Program-made: the position numbers and the translations under genes
Source: Camelus dromedarius
Lineage: Eukaryota
NCBI RefSeq assembly: GCF_036321535.1
Contig: NC_087467.1
Span: 2,666,001-2,730,000 of the forward strand
Direction of reading: 5' to 3'
Length of the DNA stretch: 64,000 nucleotides
The notes under the pieces: generated by a model
Told to the model about the DNA's origin: nothing
The model's input: the letters and a program-made list of their open reading frames with translations, nothing else
Databases searched by the model: none
In this document: positions 24,354-36,010 of the stretch, one piece after another
Position numbering within the stretch: position 1 is the stretch's first letter
How the letters are laid out: each line of letters opens with the position of its first letter

Positions 24354-25433
24354 GTAATACCAACAAAGATAACCAGTGCCCTACAGAGCTCTGGGGCATG
24401 AGAATATCATGAGAACAACTGGGAATGCGAGTTACGAGACCAGCTCCTCTTCTAAAACCAGTCCTGGAAATTTGGGTTCAATTTTGCCTCTCAGACGTTG
24501 CTTACTTATCCGCCAAATTCAGGTAAAAGTGTTTACCATGTCAGACAAGATATGGAATATTCAGGAAGAACAATTGTTCAATAGCTGTGAAAGCACATTA
24601 AAGTTCAAGAGCAATGTACACATGGGAATTCCTTTGATGTCTCCTGGTCTTCAGTACAATTCTAACTGTATCACTGAAGTGTCTTCTGTAGTTTGTAACC
24701 TTCATCTTCATAACGAAACATTTACAAAAACAGTGGTTTACAGCTGGCTAGGTCCTGGAGATTGTATTTAAGTAAGTCAGCCAGGACCTTTTCTGCTTCT
24801 GCAAAATTTAGACTGCTATTGATGTAAATAAATCCAGAAGTAGAAATTGAATGTACAGTTCAGTTAAACATTACACAAGATTTACCCCCAGGTAACGGTG
24901 ATTGAGTACAATGTAGCTACGTTATGATGCTGATCTTGGTGAAAGAATTTACTCCCTTTAATAATGTCTTTTATATGACTTTCACAGTACACACCTCTGA
25001 TAATTGGAGGAAGAGAATGCGTTCTTGGCAAATGAAGATTCATAACATAACAGGCAGCTGTATTGTATCAACTGACATGTGGGGCTGTAAAAAGAAAAAC
25101 AAACTAGCACATTTCCTTATTTTCCTAAGATTTTTTTTCCTTAAACGAGTGTGATGATTGATGTTACCTGATAGATTGGGGTTGTAAGGCCTGCATTCCA
25201 AATCACTATGCCTGCTATTGGGTAAGTTATCAATAAGTTGACAGAAGCGCCTGATTATAGTCAAATACCTTGTATTCCCACAAGTCAATCAACTCACAGA
25301 GTTAATAACACACATTTCTAGTTAGCCGAGCTTTCCTTCAATCAAAACCACCACAGAAGCAATAAATCTAGCTTTAGCTACAAAGCATAACATTTGCTAG
25401 ACATTGTGTTAATGCAAATAATAAACACCTAAA

Positions 25434-25440
<7 letters not shown>
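24354..25440 (+). ncRNA. Candidate terminal exon (3' UTR-like) of a + strand transcript
   Basis: Branch-like CTAAT 24312-24316, long pyrimidine tract, AG 24352-24353; AATAAA at 24827-24832, 25361-25366 and 25420-25425; no repeat recognised inside; early stops in all frames. Confidence 0.35.

Positions 25441-25464
<24 letters not shown>
25436..25464. repeat. (TG)14 microsatellite
   Basis: Direct reading. Confidence 0.95.
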
Positions 25465-25676
25465 TCCGCTTTCTCACTAATCATGAACAATCCTCAAATA
25501 CTACTTAAGCTGATTATTTGCCCCAAGGCTTGACATTTCCATGGTTCCTGTATGGTTTTATGATACCCCGGCCTCTGGAGAGCATCATTAGAGACCTCTT
25601 TTTTTTTTTTTTTAAGATAAAGAAACCAATGTCTAGAAAAGTGACCTAGGTAACCTCTTGGAGTCTAAGTCTTTTA

Positions 25677-25827
25677 TTTTTATTTATTTATTTTTTTTGA
25701 GGGGGGTGATTAGGTTTATTTTATTTATGAATTTATTATTTATTTTAATGGAGGTACTGGGGATTGACCCCAGGACCTTGTGCATGCTAAGCACACACTC
25801 TACCACTGAGCTATACTGTCCCCCCTA
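25677..25827 (-). mobile_element. Vic-1-like camelid tRNA-derived SINE with 12 bp TSD
   Basis: Minus strand reads gggggacagtatagctcagtggtagag...gcatgcacaaggtcctggggtcaatccccagtacctccattaaaata...; TSD ctaagtctttta at 25665-25676 and 25828-25839. Confidence 0.92.
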
Positions 25828-26114
25828 CTAAGTCTTTTAAAATACGGCTGATTTGAGACCTTTTGGGGTCCTGAACACTCTATTTTGGAGGTCTCACTAC
25901 TCATCATACCAAACATCCACATCAGGCACCACATTTATACGAGTCTGGATGTAGCTCATTAGTGGAAGTTATGCTATGTTTTATAGCTGTCATGAAATAT
26001 TTATAATTCCAATTTCTGCACTTTTAAGAATTTAAAGTATATATATATTTTTAGTTCTCAAGCATCATTTTTATAGGCCCTTAGAAACATTGTAGGTTTT
26101 AGACACTATACCTA

Positions 26115-26648
26115 TGTTGGGGGAGAAGAGGTTCTTGCCTCGCGCAGGAAAGAATTCAACAGCAAGGCATGGCAAAGTGAAGCAAGTTTGTTTAGCGAGA
26201 GACACACTCCATGGACAGAGTGCGGTCTGTCTCATTAAGAACAGAAAACGGCTTAGGAGACACACACTCCATAGACAGAATGCGGGCCATCTCAGAAAGG
26301 TGAGAGGGAGAGAAGCCGAGAGGTGTGGGGGTGTTTAAGGTAAAAGTAGATACACACTCGCAGACAGAGTGCGGGCCATCTCAGAAGGTGCAGCAGAGGG
26401 ACCACAAGGTGTGGGGTTGTTAGGTTTTATGGACTCGGCAATTTTGCACGCCAATGGGTAGGAGGATTATGCCAACTACTTCGGGGAAGGGGTGAGGATT
26501 TCCAGGAAACGCCCCCCCATGCACTTTTTGACCTTTTACGGGCAGCCCAGGAACTGTCATGGCGCCTGTGGGTGCGCCATGAGGCTCAAGGTCAACTGGA
26601 AGTCAAATCTCCCGCCATCTTGGTTCTAACCGGTTTGCCCTGCCCTCA
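26115..26648 (-). mobile_element. ERV1-class solo LTR with internal tandem repeats
   Basis: TG...CA termini; shares ggaaagaattcaa, acacactc..agacagagtgc, tcatggcgc and gaagtcaaatctcc blocks with 17577-18097. Confidence 0.85.
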
Positions 26649-27753
26649 GTGGCTGCGCCTTGCCATCTCCCCTCCCACTGCACCTAGAGAACTTGCAGGA
26701 TGAGAGACCTTGCTTCAGATGCATGTTCACCCTTCCCTCAATGGAGAATCCGTGCCGCCCGTGAGATCCTTCTCTGTTCTGTTGTCTCTCAGCCAGTGTG
26801 TCAGGCAAAATCCATCTGTTTTTCAGGGCCAAACTTGAGCCCCATTCATACAAATATTCTCACTGATTTCCTCCCTCCCTATACTTCATATCTGAGGACT
26901 TGCAAGTGAATTTTAATCCCGTATCCCACTTTTCCATGGTTGTTTTCTTGTTTCCTGCATTCGCCTGTCAATGAAGTTTTCCTTTTTTCCTTTCTTCCTG
27001 CAGAGATCGACACTTGCTCCAGGGCACGGTGGATAGAACGCTAGGAAACTCTTCTGGTGTGTTCTGGGGGTGCGATCGGTGCAGTGGAGGTCCACAGAAT
27101 GCACAGGGCCGTGCTAGTCGCCAGTGCCCCCGGAGTGTCCTCCTCCTCTCCACACAACCCAGGGGACAAGCGATCAGAGCAATTCTGCATACGGCTTTAT
27201 GGCTTGCTTGCTCTTCCACAATGTTCTTTCCCCTGGTCTAGGGGGTGTGGGCGTTAGGACGTCACCTTTCACTGAACATTACACAGTTGAGTAAAAGGAG
27301 ATTATAGAAAATTTGAGGAATGCACTTGTTTTCCATCTGACTGGCATTGTAACAGCTGTACTCATAAATACTTAGCCTCTTTCCCTCGGCTTCCAGTGGT
27401 CCAAGGTTGGCCTGGAGATGTTTTGCTACCATGCAGACTTGAGAGCACACACCTGCCCACGGCTTCACACTCCCTCTGCAGCCCTTTAGGAGGGCTGGTG
27501 ACAACGCCACTCCTGGGCACACAGCCCTTGTTTTACTCTTCCTAGAGCATGCTGTTTTGATCTCTGCCAAACTACTAGAAAGCGAACGGCTTAGGTCTAT
27601 CCTGAAGCCAGCTGTCTCTGCGGGTTACACAGTGTGCCATTCTGAGATTCCCCCAGGAACTGGAATGAAATTGGATGATATTTCCAGAGAATGATTCCTG
27701 ACTTTCAGACTTTCAGCCTTTGTATGTCTCTCAGCTTCACACTTTCTCATAAT

Positions 27754-27780
27754 ACACACACACACACACACACACACACA
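27754..27780. repeat. (AC)13 microsatellite
   Basis: Direct reading. Confidence 0.95.
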
Positions 27781-27896
27781 GAATAAGAGAGCCTCTCTTC
27801 AGTACCAGGTCTGGAGGACCAGGGGTGTTGCTGTGAAGGCTGCTTGTTTACAGAGACTAAACATGTGTGAGGATTTAACCTGAATGTTGGATAATA

Positions 27897-27924
27897 AAAC
27901 AAACAAACAAACAAACAAACAAAC
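27897..27924. repeat. (AAAC)7 microsatellite
   Basis: Direct reading. Confidence 0.95.
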
Positions 27925-28519
27925 AAAAACAGCCCTGAATTCCATATATCTGCATTGACATTCAATCTCAGTCTTTTAAAGTCAGGTATACCATGTCGTG
28001 TAAAGCTTGAAAGCTACTTCCTATCATATCACATCATACCTCCACGCTGGGAATATGATGGGATGGTTCTGAGTGTTGATGGGGCTGGAAGAAGGAGAGG
28101 TGGGCAGGATAATCATAAAAAAAAAAAAATAAAAGGAGAGGTCATCTCCAATTTATAGACAAGAAAGAAAATTCAAGCATGGTTACTGGCTTGTCTTAGC
28201 TCTAAATGAAATAAAATGGATATCTAGATTTCCAAACCACATCTCCTGCATCTGTTTCAGTGCTACATCCAATGCCTGTCATTTTGTCTTTGGTAACAGT
28301 ATGAAGTTGCCAAAGACAGAGCCTTGTGCTCCCAGGCTGCCTTGATTTTGCTGTCCTCTCCTCCCTTCCATAGGGACCCTTTTCCCAGGTGACCCTGCCT
28401 CTCAGGATCGCTCGCTATGAAAGCCAGGGATAAACTCATCAGGCACAAACTAGCATGCTTCTACTCCCAAGAGTCCAACCACATGGCTCTTAAGTAGTTT
28501 CTTTAAAATGCTGAAAGGC

Positions 28520-28900
28520 TTACAGCCTTTGCAAATGCCCTTTCTTCCCCCAGGGCACATTCCTCCTGTGTTTCCCCTGCATGTTGACTGCTCTGCTTTG
28601 GGGGCTCAGCTCAAATTGCATTTCCCCAAATGGGCTTGCCTTCACCCCACATCCAAGTTAGACATGTTAGTTACTACTCCCCACACAGCACACTGGGGAA
28701 TTTTCTTCTTAGTTCCCAGGACTCTTCAGCATTGTGTGTTCAGTTACTTGTTTTCTGAATGTCTGGTCCTGCTCGCATGTCCCACCAGGACAACAGAAAC
28801 CACCCCTGGTCTTTGTTGTTGCTACGTCTTACCTGGCTAGTATAATGCCAGGTAAACTGTAGGATTTCAGTGATTTTTGAATAAATGAGTTAGTGAATCA
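28520..28900 (+). mobile_element. L2 3' end fragment
   Basis: Ends ...cctggctagtataatgccagg...tttttgaataaatgagttagtgaat, an L2-type terminus. Confidence 0.6.
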
Positions 28901-29299
28901 GTAAAGGAGCTCTTGTCCTTCATCACTGACTGAAGCCCCTTTCTCTGTTTGCCATTAGCACTTGCTTGCTAGGTGCTGCCTTTTAAGAGAGGACTTCTTT
29001 TTAATCTCAGCAAATTAAATGATGAGTCCGGCCCAAGGCTTGGTGTAAAAGATCTAAATCACTTCTATGAGATAAACATGGCTGTAAATGACAACCGAAA
29101 CTCCAGATGGCCATGGTGTCATGGCCTTCAGGAGGAGGGAAAAGCATACGTGCTGGGTGGCTCATGAGAGACTATGAAGGAGGTGGCAGAAGATGGACAT
29201 CTCCACCACACCCCCTCTTCCTTGCAGGAAATGTTTCCTCTACAAGCTTAATTGCGTGATTCTGGTAGGACTTCAGTCCCGTGCCCCTGGGTTTACTTC

Positions 29300-29716
29300 T
29301 GCTCTGTGATTCATGAACTATCACTCATAGTGTTCTCCTCAGTTATCAGGTTGGGTTTTTTCAGTGTCCTTTTTATAGATATTTTCCCAGTTTAAAACTG
29401 GAAGATCAGAGGCCTTATCTTGAGGGTCAAGGAGTTGAAAGGATGTGAAGCCTGAGCTATCTGCAGTCCTGGACCCCATTGCCTAAGAAATGCTTTCTTA
29501 TAATAGAAGATAAACTAGGTAGAGATAAGATGGGTGAGTGGGTGGATCAGAGAGAGTGAGAGAATGAACACGAGAGAGACGGGGTGTGATGGTATCATCT
29601 GAGCAGGTGAGCCCAGCGATCCGGAGCCTAATTCAAACTCAGGCCGTCTGGTTATGGACGTCAGTAAACGTCCTTCGTTGTCTGTTTACCTTTGTTGAAG
29701 CTAGTTTCAGCAGTGT
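29300..29716 (+). mobile_element. MaLR LTR (MLT1 H-L group)
   Basis: gagagagac...gatggtatcatctgagc...cccagcg...gctagtttcagcagtgtttctattccttacaact matches the MLT1 3' pattern. Confidence 0.6.
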
Positions 29717-30164
29717 TTCTATTCCTTACAACTGAGTAATAAAGTTGTCGAGGTATTTGTGAATTGGGTAATTAGATGACAGACTTATAGGCAGGATAAA
29801 AGTAATAAAGTAAGTAATAAAGAAAAAAACTAAAGTAATAAAGAAAAAACAATGGAGTGTGTTCCGAATAGAAGACCACGATCACAGTCCCCAAGGGGGA
29901 CTTCTTCTCTGATCATCTGACTGCCATCACCGTCCTCCGGCTCTGCGTCCTCCCCTGGTACCTCACCAGCACTTGGAACAATATCTTGAGCATGGTGAGG
30001 AACTTAATGTTTGGCGGCTGAATGGATGAATTTTGGAAATAAGCAAAGTAATAGATAAGTGTTGGTTTGTAACACTAGTTTCAGGTTCTGGGTTCTGAGA
30101 GCTAGGACGCAAGAAACAACAACAACAAAATGCACAAAGGCTTTAGGATCAAACAGATGTGCAT

Positions 30165-30325
30165 CCAGGTACTGCCTTGGTTCACTAGACTTATGCACTT
30201 GGACAGTTTCATTTGCCTCTTCTCTAAAGTGATCACGGAAAAATCCAGACTCAAAGGGTTGAGTCTAGTGTGGGTTTTATGAGATAATTTATATAAGATG
30301 CTTCTAGAAATGCCTGGCTCATAAT
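30165..30325 (+). mobile_element. MIR SINE fragment
   Basis: gttttatgagataatttatataagatgcttctagaaatgcctggctcataataag. Confidence 0.55.
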
Positions 30326-30485
30326 AAGTATCGAAGAAAAGTCAGGTGATGTCCTAGAATTCTTGAGGGGCAGTCTTCCCAATCCGCTTGGCCAGGCAGG
30401 TGTCCTCCTTGTCAGATCTCGGGTAGATGGTTACCATGCCTCTGCTTAACTATAGTCAGTGCTGCAAGGGGCTTTTAGGGCAATG

Positions 30486-30788
30486 AAATTACTCTGTATG
30501 ACACTATAGTGGTGGCTAAGTGTCATTATGCATTTGTCAAAACCCATAGAAAGTACAACATCAAGAGTGAGCCCTATTGAAAACTACGGACTTCGGTTGA
30601 TAATAATGTGTCCATGTCAGTTCATCGATCGTACCAAATATGCCACACTGCTGAGGGATGCTGAGGGGAAGGGAGTATATATGTGTGGGTGGGGAGGGCT
30701 ATGTGTGAACTCTCTGTATTTTCTGCTCAATTCTGCTGTGAACCAAATCTGAAGCTGGTCTAAAAGAATAAAGTCTACTAAAAAAAAC
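30486..30788 (+). mobile_element. Old L1 (L1MB-type) 3' end
   Basis: ctgtatgacactatagtggtgg...cattatgcatttgtcaaaacccatagaa...gaactctctgtattttctgctcaatt...aataaagtcta. Confidence 0.85.
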
Positions 30789-31339
30789 TAATAAAATTTT
30801 AAAAAGGATAAATATATATATATATATTCAGTGCTGGGTAGACCCCTGCTTCCTGTTCCATGTTTGGACAGCTACAGGCACCTTGTCTTATGTACATTAA
30901 AATGGCTTTTGGTCCTTTTAACTTTTACCCATTGTTTCTAAGTAAGCTGTACAGACACATGGCTATCGGTCAGGAGGTCTACTGTAGGAGCTTCATTTTG
31001 AGAGCGACAGGGTGAGTTATGAATTTTAGTACAATTAGTCTTTCTCTTGGATGTTGTTAAATCGGTGAAGGAATGAACAATTTTGAGAATAGTTCTAGGG
31101 TTAATTTTTTTCCTTTAAATTCAAAAGATGAAAAATATGTGTAAGGATTTGACTGTAATTTGGATGCAGGGTATAAATCTTTGAATTACGTTTTTGTCAT
31201 AAGTCAGGAGGAAAAAAATGCCATCTGTATTTTCATTTATTTTCATCAATCCTCTGAAAATTAGCATGTTTTTCCAAGGTTTTATTTTATAATTTGAATT
31301 TATAGGCTGAGATTTAGCAAATTTTCTGAAAATAAGCTT

Positions 31340-31712
31340 CAAAGTCCTTACAGAGACCTACAACGTCCTATGTGGTCGGTCCCCTCCGTTCCCTCTCTGA
31401 CCTCCCTCCCTCACTGCCCTCTGCATTGTTCACCCCGCTCCAGTCTCCCTGTCCCCTTGCTGCTTCTCAGCTTTCCAACCTTTAAATATGCTGCCTATAA
31501 TCTTTTCCCTTTCTTTCTGCTCATTTTTTTCCCTTTTGTGATCCATTGAATGGTTCAACTCTATGTGCTACATAGATCTCTTAGTGTGTTTATTATTAAC
31601 AGCCTGTTTCCCTTTGCTTGAATATCAGCTCTTCCAGGGTGGAACTCTACCTTCCTTGTTCACTGGTTTATCCCAAGAAGGGCTCAATGAGTGAACGAAT
31701 GAATGAACACAT
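31340..31712 (+). mobile_element. L2 fragments including 3' end
   Basis: caaagtccttacagagacctacaacgtccta... and terminal gaatgaatgaac. Confidence 0.65.
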
Positions 31713-32271
31713 ACATGCAGGAAAGGAGGGGGAAGAAAGAGGCAGTCAGCTCTCCTCCCCAGGGGCAGTTCATTCCCCTCTGTTGAGGGATGGTCTCCAC
31801 CCATGCAGCGAGGCCACAGAACCATGACGAATAGAGAGCAGAATGAGACACTTCAGAAGACGTGGCAGAGGCTTGAGCAGGGGGGAGATTCAGGCTCAGA
31901 CCTGACAGGCAGGAGGTCAGGAGCAGTCAGCAGGAAGGAATGCCTGGTTTTCCCCATGAAAGTGTCAACCATGTCTCCACTCCCAAACCCAGTCACTCAG
32001 AGAACCACTAACCACGAGAATCAACTTGAGAACCTCACTTGCCGCCTCTGAACCAACAGAGAGACCAGATCTTTGTCCGGATTGGTACCATTCGAGATAT
32101 CCCAGGAAACTAACTAGATGATATTGGTTGGATATACTACGGATTCCATGCTTTGCCTACAAGCCAAACCAGCCTTCCCGTTCTGTGACATCAGCCAGTC
32201 TCTGCAGACAGCCAGGCCAGCTTCTCTTAGCTGCTTCTTCAGCATTCTTTATCACTGTGCTCTGTAAACTA

Positions 32272-32330
32272 AAAATAAAATAAAATATAAAATAAAATAA
32301 AATAAAATAAAATAAAATAAAATAAAAATA
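32272..32330. repeat. (AAAAT)n microsatellite
   Basis: Direct reading. Confidence 0.95.
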
Positions 32331-32579
32331 ACTGAACCCTGTAAGAGTACTGTACCCTGCGTTCAGTACTCAGTGACACTTAGGAGGGTACCTGCTTCAG
32401 TCAGATCAGTTGACCTGTGTTGGCCAAAAACTATTGTAGAAGAATCTCTATCACTCTTTTCAGTTTTACCCTCAAGTAACTTCCAAACCTCAAACCATCT
32501 ACTTAAAAAAAAAAAAATCGCTAGGTACTTTCAAAAGAATAAAAATGCAGGAGGGGAAGATACCACTTGCCATTTCTCA

Positions 32580-32900
32580 TGCCTAATTACCCAGAAATCT
32601 CTAGTAACGTCACGTGTCCTTGCTTCAGGAGCGATGTGCGGTTTCAGGCTTCCCGGTTAGGAAGCTGGCTGTGCGGGGAACGCGCCCCTGTGCTCTGATG
32701 CTGCTTCTCCTCCGGTCGTCTCTCTCCTTCTTTTTAAATTCCATTTTCTCTTTTATGTATTATGCCTTTTTCCCACTTGGTCCTCATTTTTTCCCAAAAT
32801 ACTCGCGCACACGTGCGTGTGTATGGGCATGTCTGGAACCTGCAGAACCGAGCAATTTAATAGAATTTCAAACTTGCCTTTGGAGATAGGAGCAGTTTTC
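32580..32900. promoter_or_regulatory. Candidate CpG-retaining promoter or enhancer with two CACGTG E-boxes
   Basis: CACGTG 32611-32616 and 32810-32815, clustered CpGs, alternating purine-pyrimidine run 32804-32825; no repeat recognised. Confidence 0.4.
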
Positions 32901-33485
32901 CTGGGCAAAGAGGAAGCAATACAGCCTTAATGAAGTGGAGAGAGAGCACCAGTGAAGAATAAGATGGCTCAATTTACAAGTTTTATTTTATATATACATA
33001 TATATGTGTTTTATTTTATATATAAATATATATTTTATATATACATATATATTCAGAATCTGTCCCCAAAATATTTTTACAAATACCACGTAACCCCATC
33101 ACTCACAAAACAAAAGGAGAACAGAGCCAAGTTTCCCAAAATGTCAGGCAAAGTGATTGCAATGTGTCTCAGATTGGAGTTTCACTTTATTCATAGGAAG
33201 CATTAATGCAGACTTTCAACAGAGGGAAATGGGCTGATGGTAACCAATTTTGACCATCCTCCCTATAGGGTTTCAAATAATTGAATAGCTGCTTAACAAA
33301 ACTGGTATTTTGATGCAATAACAAAGGTGAGATCGTTCTGGAGAGGAGAAAGAGAAGAGAGGCAAGGATCTATGAGAAGTTACAAAAGCCTTCCTAGAAC
33401 CATGAGATGCAACATTTAGAACTATTCTGATGGATGTTTGACCCCAACACAGAGCAGACATTGAGTGAATATGTGTTGATTAAAT

Positions 33486-33570
33486 GGAAGGAAGGGAAGA
33501 GGAAGGAAGAGAGGAGGGAGGGAAGGAGGGAGGAAGGAAGGAAGGAAAGGGAAAAGAAAGAGAGAGAAAT
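33486..33570. repeat. Polypurine (GGAA/GGAG/GA)n tract
   Basis: Direct reading. Confidence 0.9.
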
Positions 33571-34244
33571 GGAGGGAAAGACCCTGTTTTCATTTCCTCT
33601 GAGCTGTTTCAGTGTGCAGTAAAGTACTGTTACTTCTGGAGGAAAAAAAAAAAAACCTTTAAGAGTAGTTTTTCAGAAGAGAACCCTGAAATTCCAGACC
33701 GCTGTGATCATCCAGATTCCTTTATCATGTCCCCCAAACGTCAATATCTGATCCACTAGTTAAAATTAAGCCCCCAGGCTGGAGACTAAGCAGGGGGTCA
33801 TAGGTGAAGTGCATTATGTTACAGAAGGATCTGGAGTAAGATCTGGACACATATTTTTTTCCCAGTGGAGAGCCCCACGACCTATGGGCAGGGAATGGTA
33901 CATGAGAAGAATACTGAATTTGGAGTTCCCTGAGTTTGAATTAAAAATCTGTTATCGACATATTTTCACTTCCTTGGCCTCCAATTTCCATGCTTAACCC
34001 CCAACCTATTACCCTGTGTTCTCTGAGGACCATCCGGGTGCACTCACCTCAGGGAGTTCTCTGCTATTCTCAAGTCCACTTGCCCTCAGGGCGTGGGCTC
34101 TGTTTTGCTCTCACGCATACGATGGGCAGGGAAGGTTGTGGTCGTCCACCTGAGCCAGCGACTGGGTGGGTGGGGCAAACCAACGTCTCCTTACTAGAGT
34201 CTGTTTTGATCTCAAGTCCAAAAGATACTCTCCAAACTCACTTT

Positions 34245-34435
34245 CGTGGTCTACACTACAATTTATTGCTAAGTCCTTGGGTAAACTACTAAACTTGTTA
34301 TTTCTTCTACAAAATAAAAAGGTATTTTTAAGCTATAAAAGATTGTTGTGAAGATAAAAAAATATATAACAATGGTTATAAAATGCCTAGTTCAGTGCCT
34401 GACACATTGTATGTCCTTTATAAGTGGCAGCTGAA
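34245..34435 (+). mobile_element. MIR SINE fragment
   Basis: ccttgggtaaactactaaac...gattgttgtgaagataaa...aaatgcctagttcagtgcctgacacat. Confidence 0.7.
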
Positions 34436-35129
34436 CCAGGAGCTCCAACCATGACTCTTGTACAAAGTATCTGATAAATAGATGTTAATTCACTTCTGTC
34501 AAATATGGTGCCCAAGAATAAATCAGGTAGGAAGGCAAGATTTTGTAAAGTGTCCTTCTAATCTTAATTACTTTTTTATGTAACTTAGTCCCCACTAACC
34601 CCGCAAACCTGAAGGAGGATAAGCATGTGTTAGGATAAGCAATGTGTTAATTTAGGCGTTTTTGGTGACGTTGATTAATGCAGAAAGATATTTCTCACTA
34701 ATTACAGATAGAACCCCCTCATTTGAACTCAACAACAGTTTTAATTAAAATTCTTAGTCTCCCAAAGCATGGCTCCCTTAACCTGGCTTAATTATTCTGT
34801 AGTTCTTGCCTATGACCTTGCATTAATTCGCATGGTGCTAAACATGTTTCTCCATTTGTCTGGCTATGTGCTATTACAGAGGAATTTCATATTTTAGCTA
34901 AAATCAATATTAACCAAAGATGCCAGCTGATTAATTGGGCTGAGAGATGTATCACACAGGCACTGAAAATGCAAATAAATGGTGGGCTTTAAGGATGAAT
35001 ATTTAATAACAACGTGGAAGATTTCAGCTTGTTCATAATTTTCATTAAATGTGAATGTGTTCACTATATGCCGCTTAAATACTTCAGAATCGGAAGGCAG
35101 TCTTTGAAGGATTTTGCAACCTGTGTTAT

Positions 35130-36010
35130 TTCAAGATGGCACACAAATCAAATATCAGTTCTGTATCAAAATTTAAAATGAGCACACCACATTTTAAAAT
35201 TTTAAATGAGTGTAAACATATAAACAACTCTACTCTGCAGATACATAAATATATATATACAAGAAGGTTTCACAGAGGATTATTTGTGATAAAGAAACCT
35301 GAAAATTACTCAAACGTCTATCTGTGGTATGCATATTTATAACAGGCAAACATATAAGGACATTCATGAAACCTTGCCCATGGTACGCTGGGCAGCATTG
35401 CAGATGGGTTACAGAGCTGAGAAAAGGAACGGTGCGTGTTATAAGGACATAATCTGCTTAATCACGGATGCAGGATTTAAGAAAAGTGAAGCAATAGCAC
35501 AGGAAAGGAGCAGACACAGCCTGCCTTGGTGAGTTTGCTGCTTGCTCTGGGTTCCCTAGGAGGGGAGCCATTCTGATGACGGTGGAGGAGCTGAGTTCTT
35601 GTTGCGCTATTGATTTTGTATCTCCTCGTTTCTGTCCCCATTCTAGAACTCAGACGAATAATCTATACCTTCTGCTTAGGTAATGTTTAGAATATTGGGC
35701 TCTACTGATTTGATCTGAGGTCAACACCAGCAAAGAAACAAAAATAGGATGGTGCCCAGGTGTCCTTACTCTCTGGTGTCCCAGAAGGCCTGAATCTCCT
35801 AAAATGATTTTAAAATGATTTTAAAAATAAAAATAAGAATAAAAAGAGAAAGCCATAATCAAATGATAGAACAGTAGTCATTGCAAAAGGAATAGAAGCA
35901 AATACATAAAAACACTAGGAAAGTGCTAATTTCATACTAATCTATGTTTTCTTTCTTCCGCTTTTTGGTATATTCCAAGTGTATTTTTTTAATTACACAT
36001 GTGTATCTTA
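35130..36010 (+). mobile_element. Old L1 (L1ME-type) 3' fragments, discontinuous
   Basis: cacagaggattatttgtgataaagaaacctgaaa (35270s) and tgttttctttcttccgctttttggtatattccaag (35940s); weak by-eye match. Confidence 0.45.

Noticed and set aside
24376-24771. 131 aa ORF in the candidate terminal exon
   Set aside because: GTG start with in-frame stops between it and the acceptor; no recognisable protein
26202-26383. CRISPR-like repeat and spacer appearance
   Set aside because: Mammalian DNA; the repeats are diverged internal LTR duplications with unequal spacing and no cas genes
17577-26648. Two related LTRs in the same orientation about 8 kb apart, resembling a full-length provirus
   Set aside because: The intervening DNA contains MIR, L2, a hAT MITE and microsatellites, with no gag/pol/env ORF or primer-binding site seen. 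The LTRs differ in structure and no shared TSD was found, so they are two solo LTRs.
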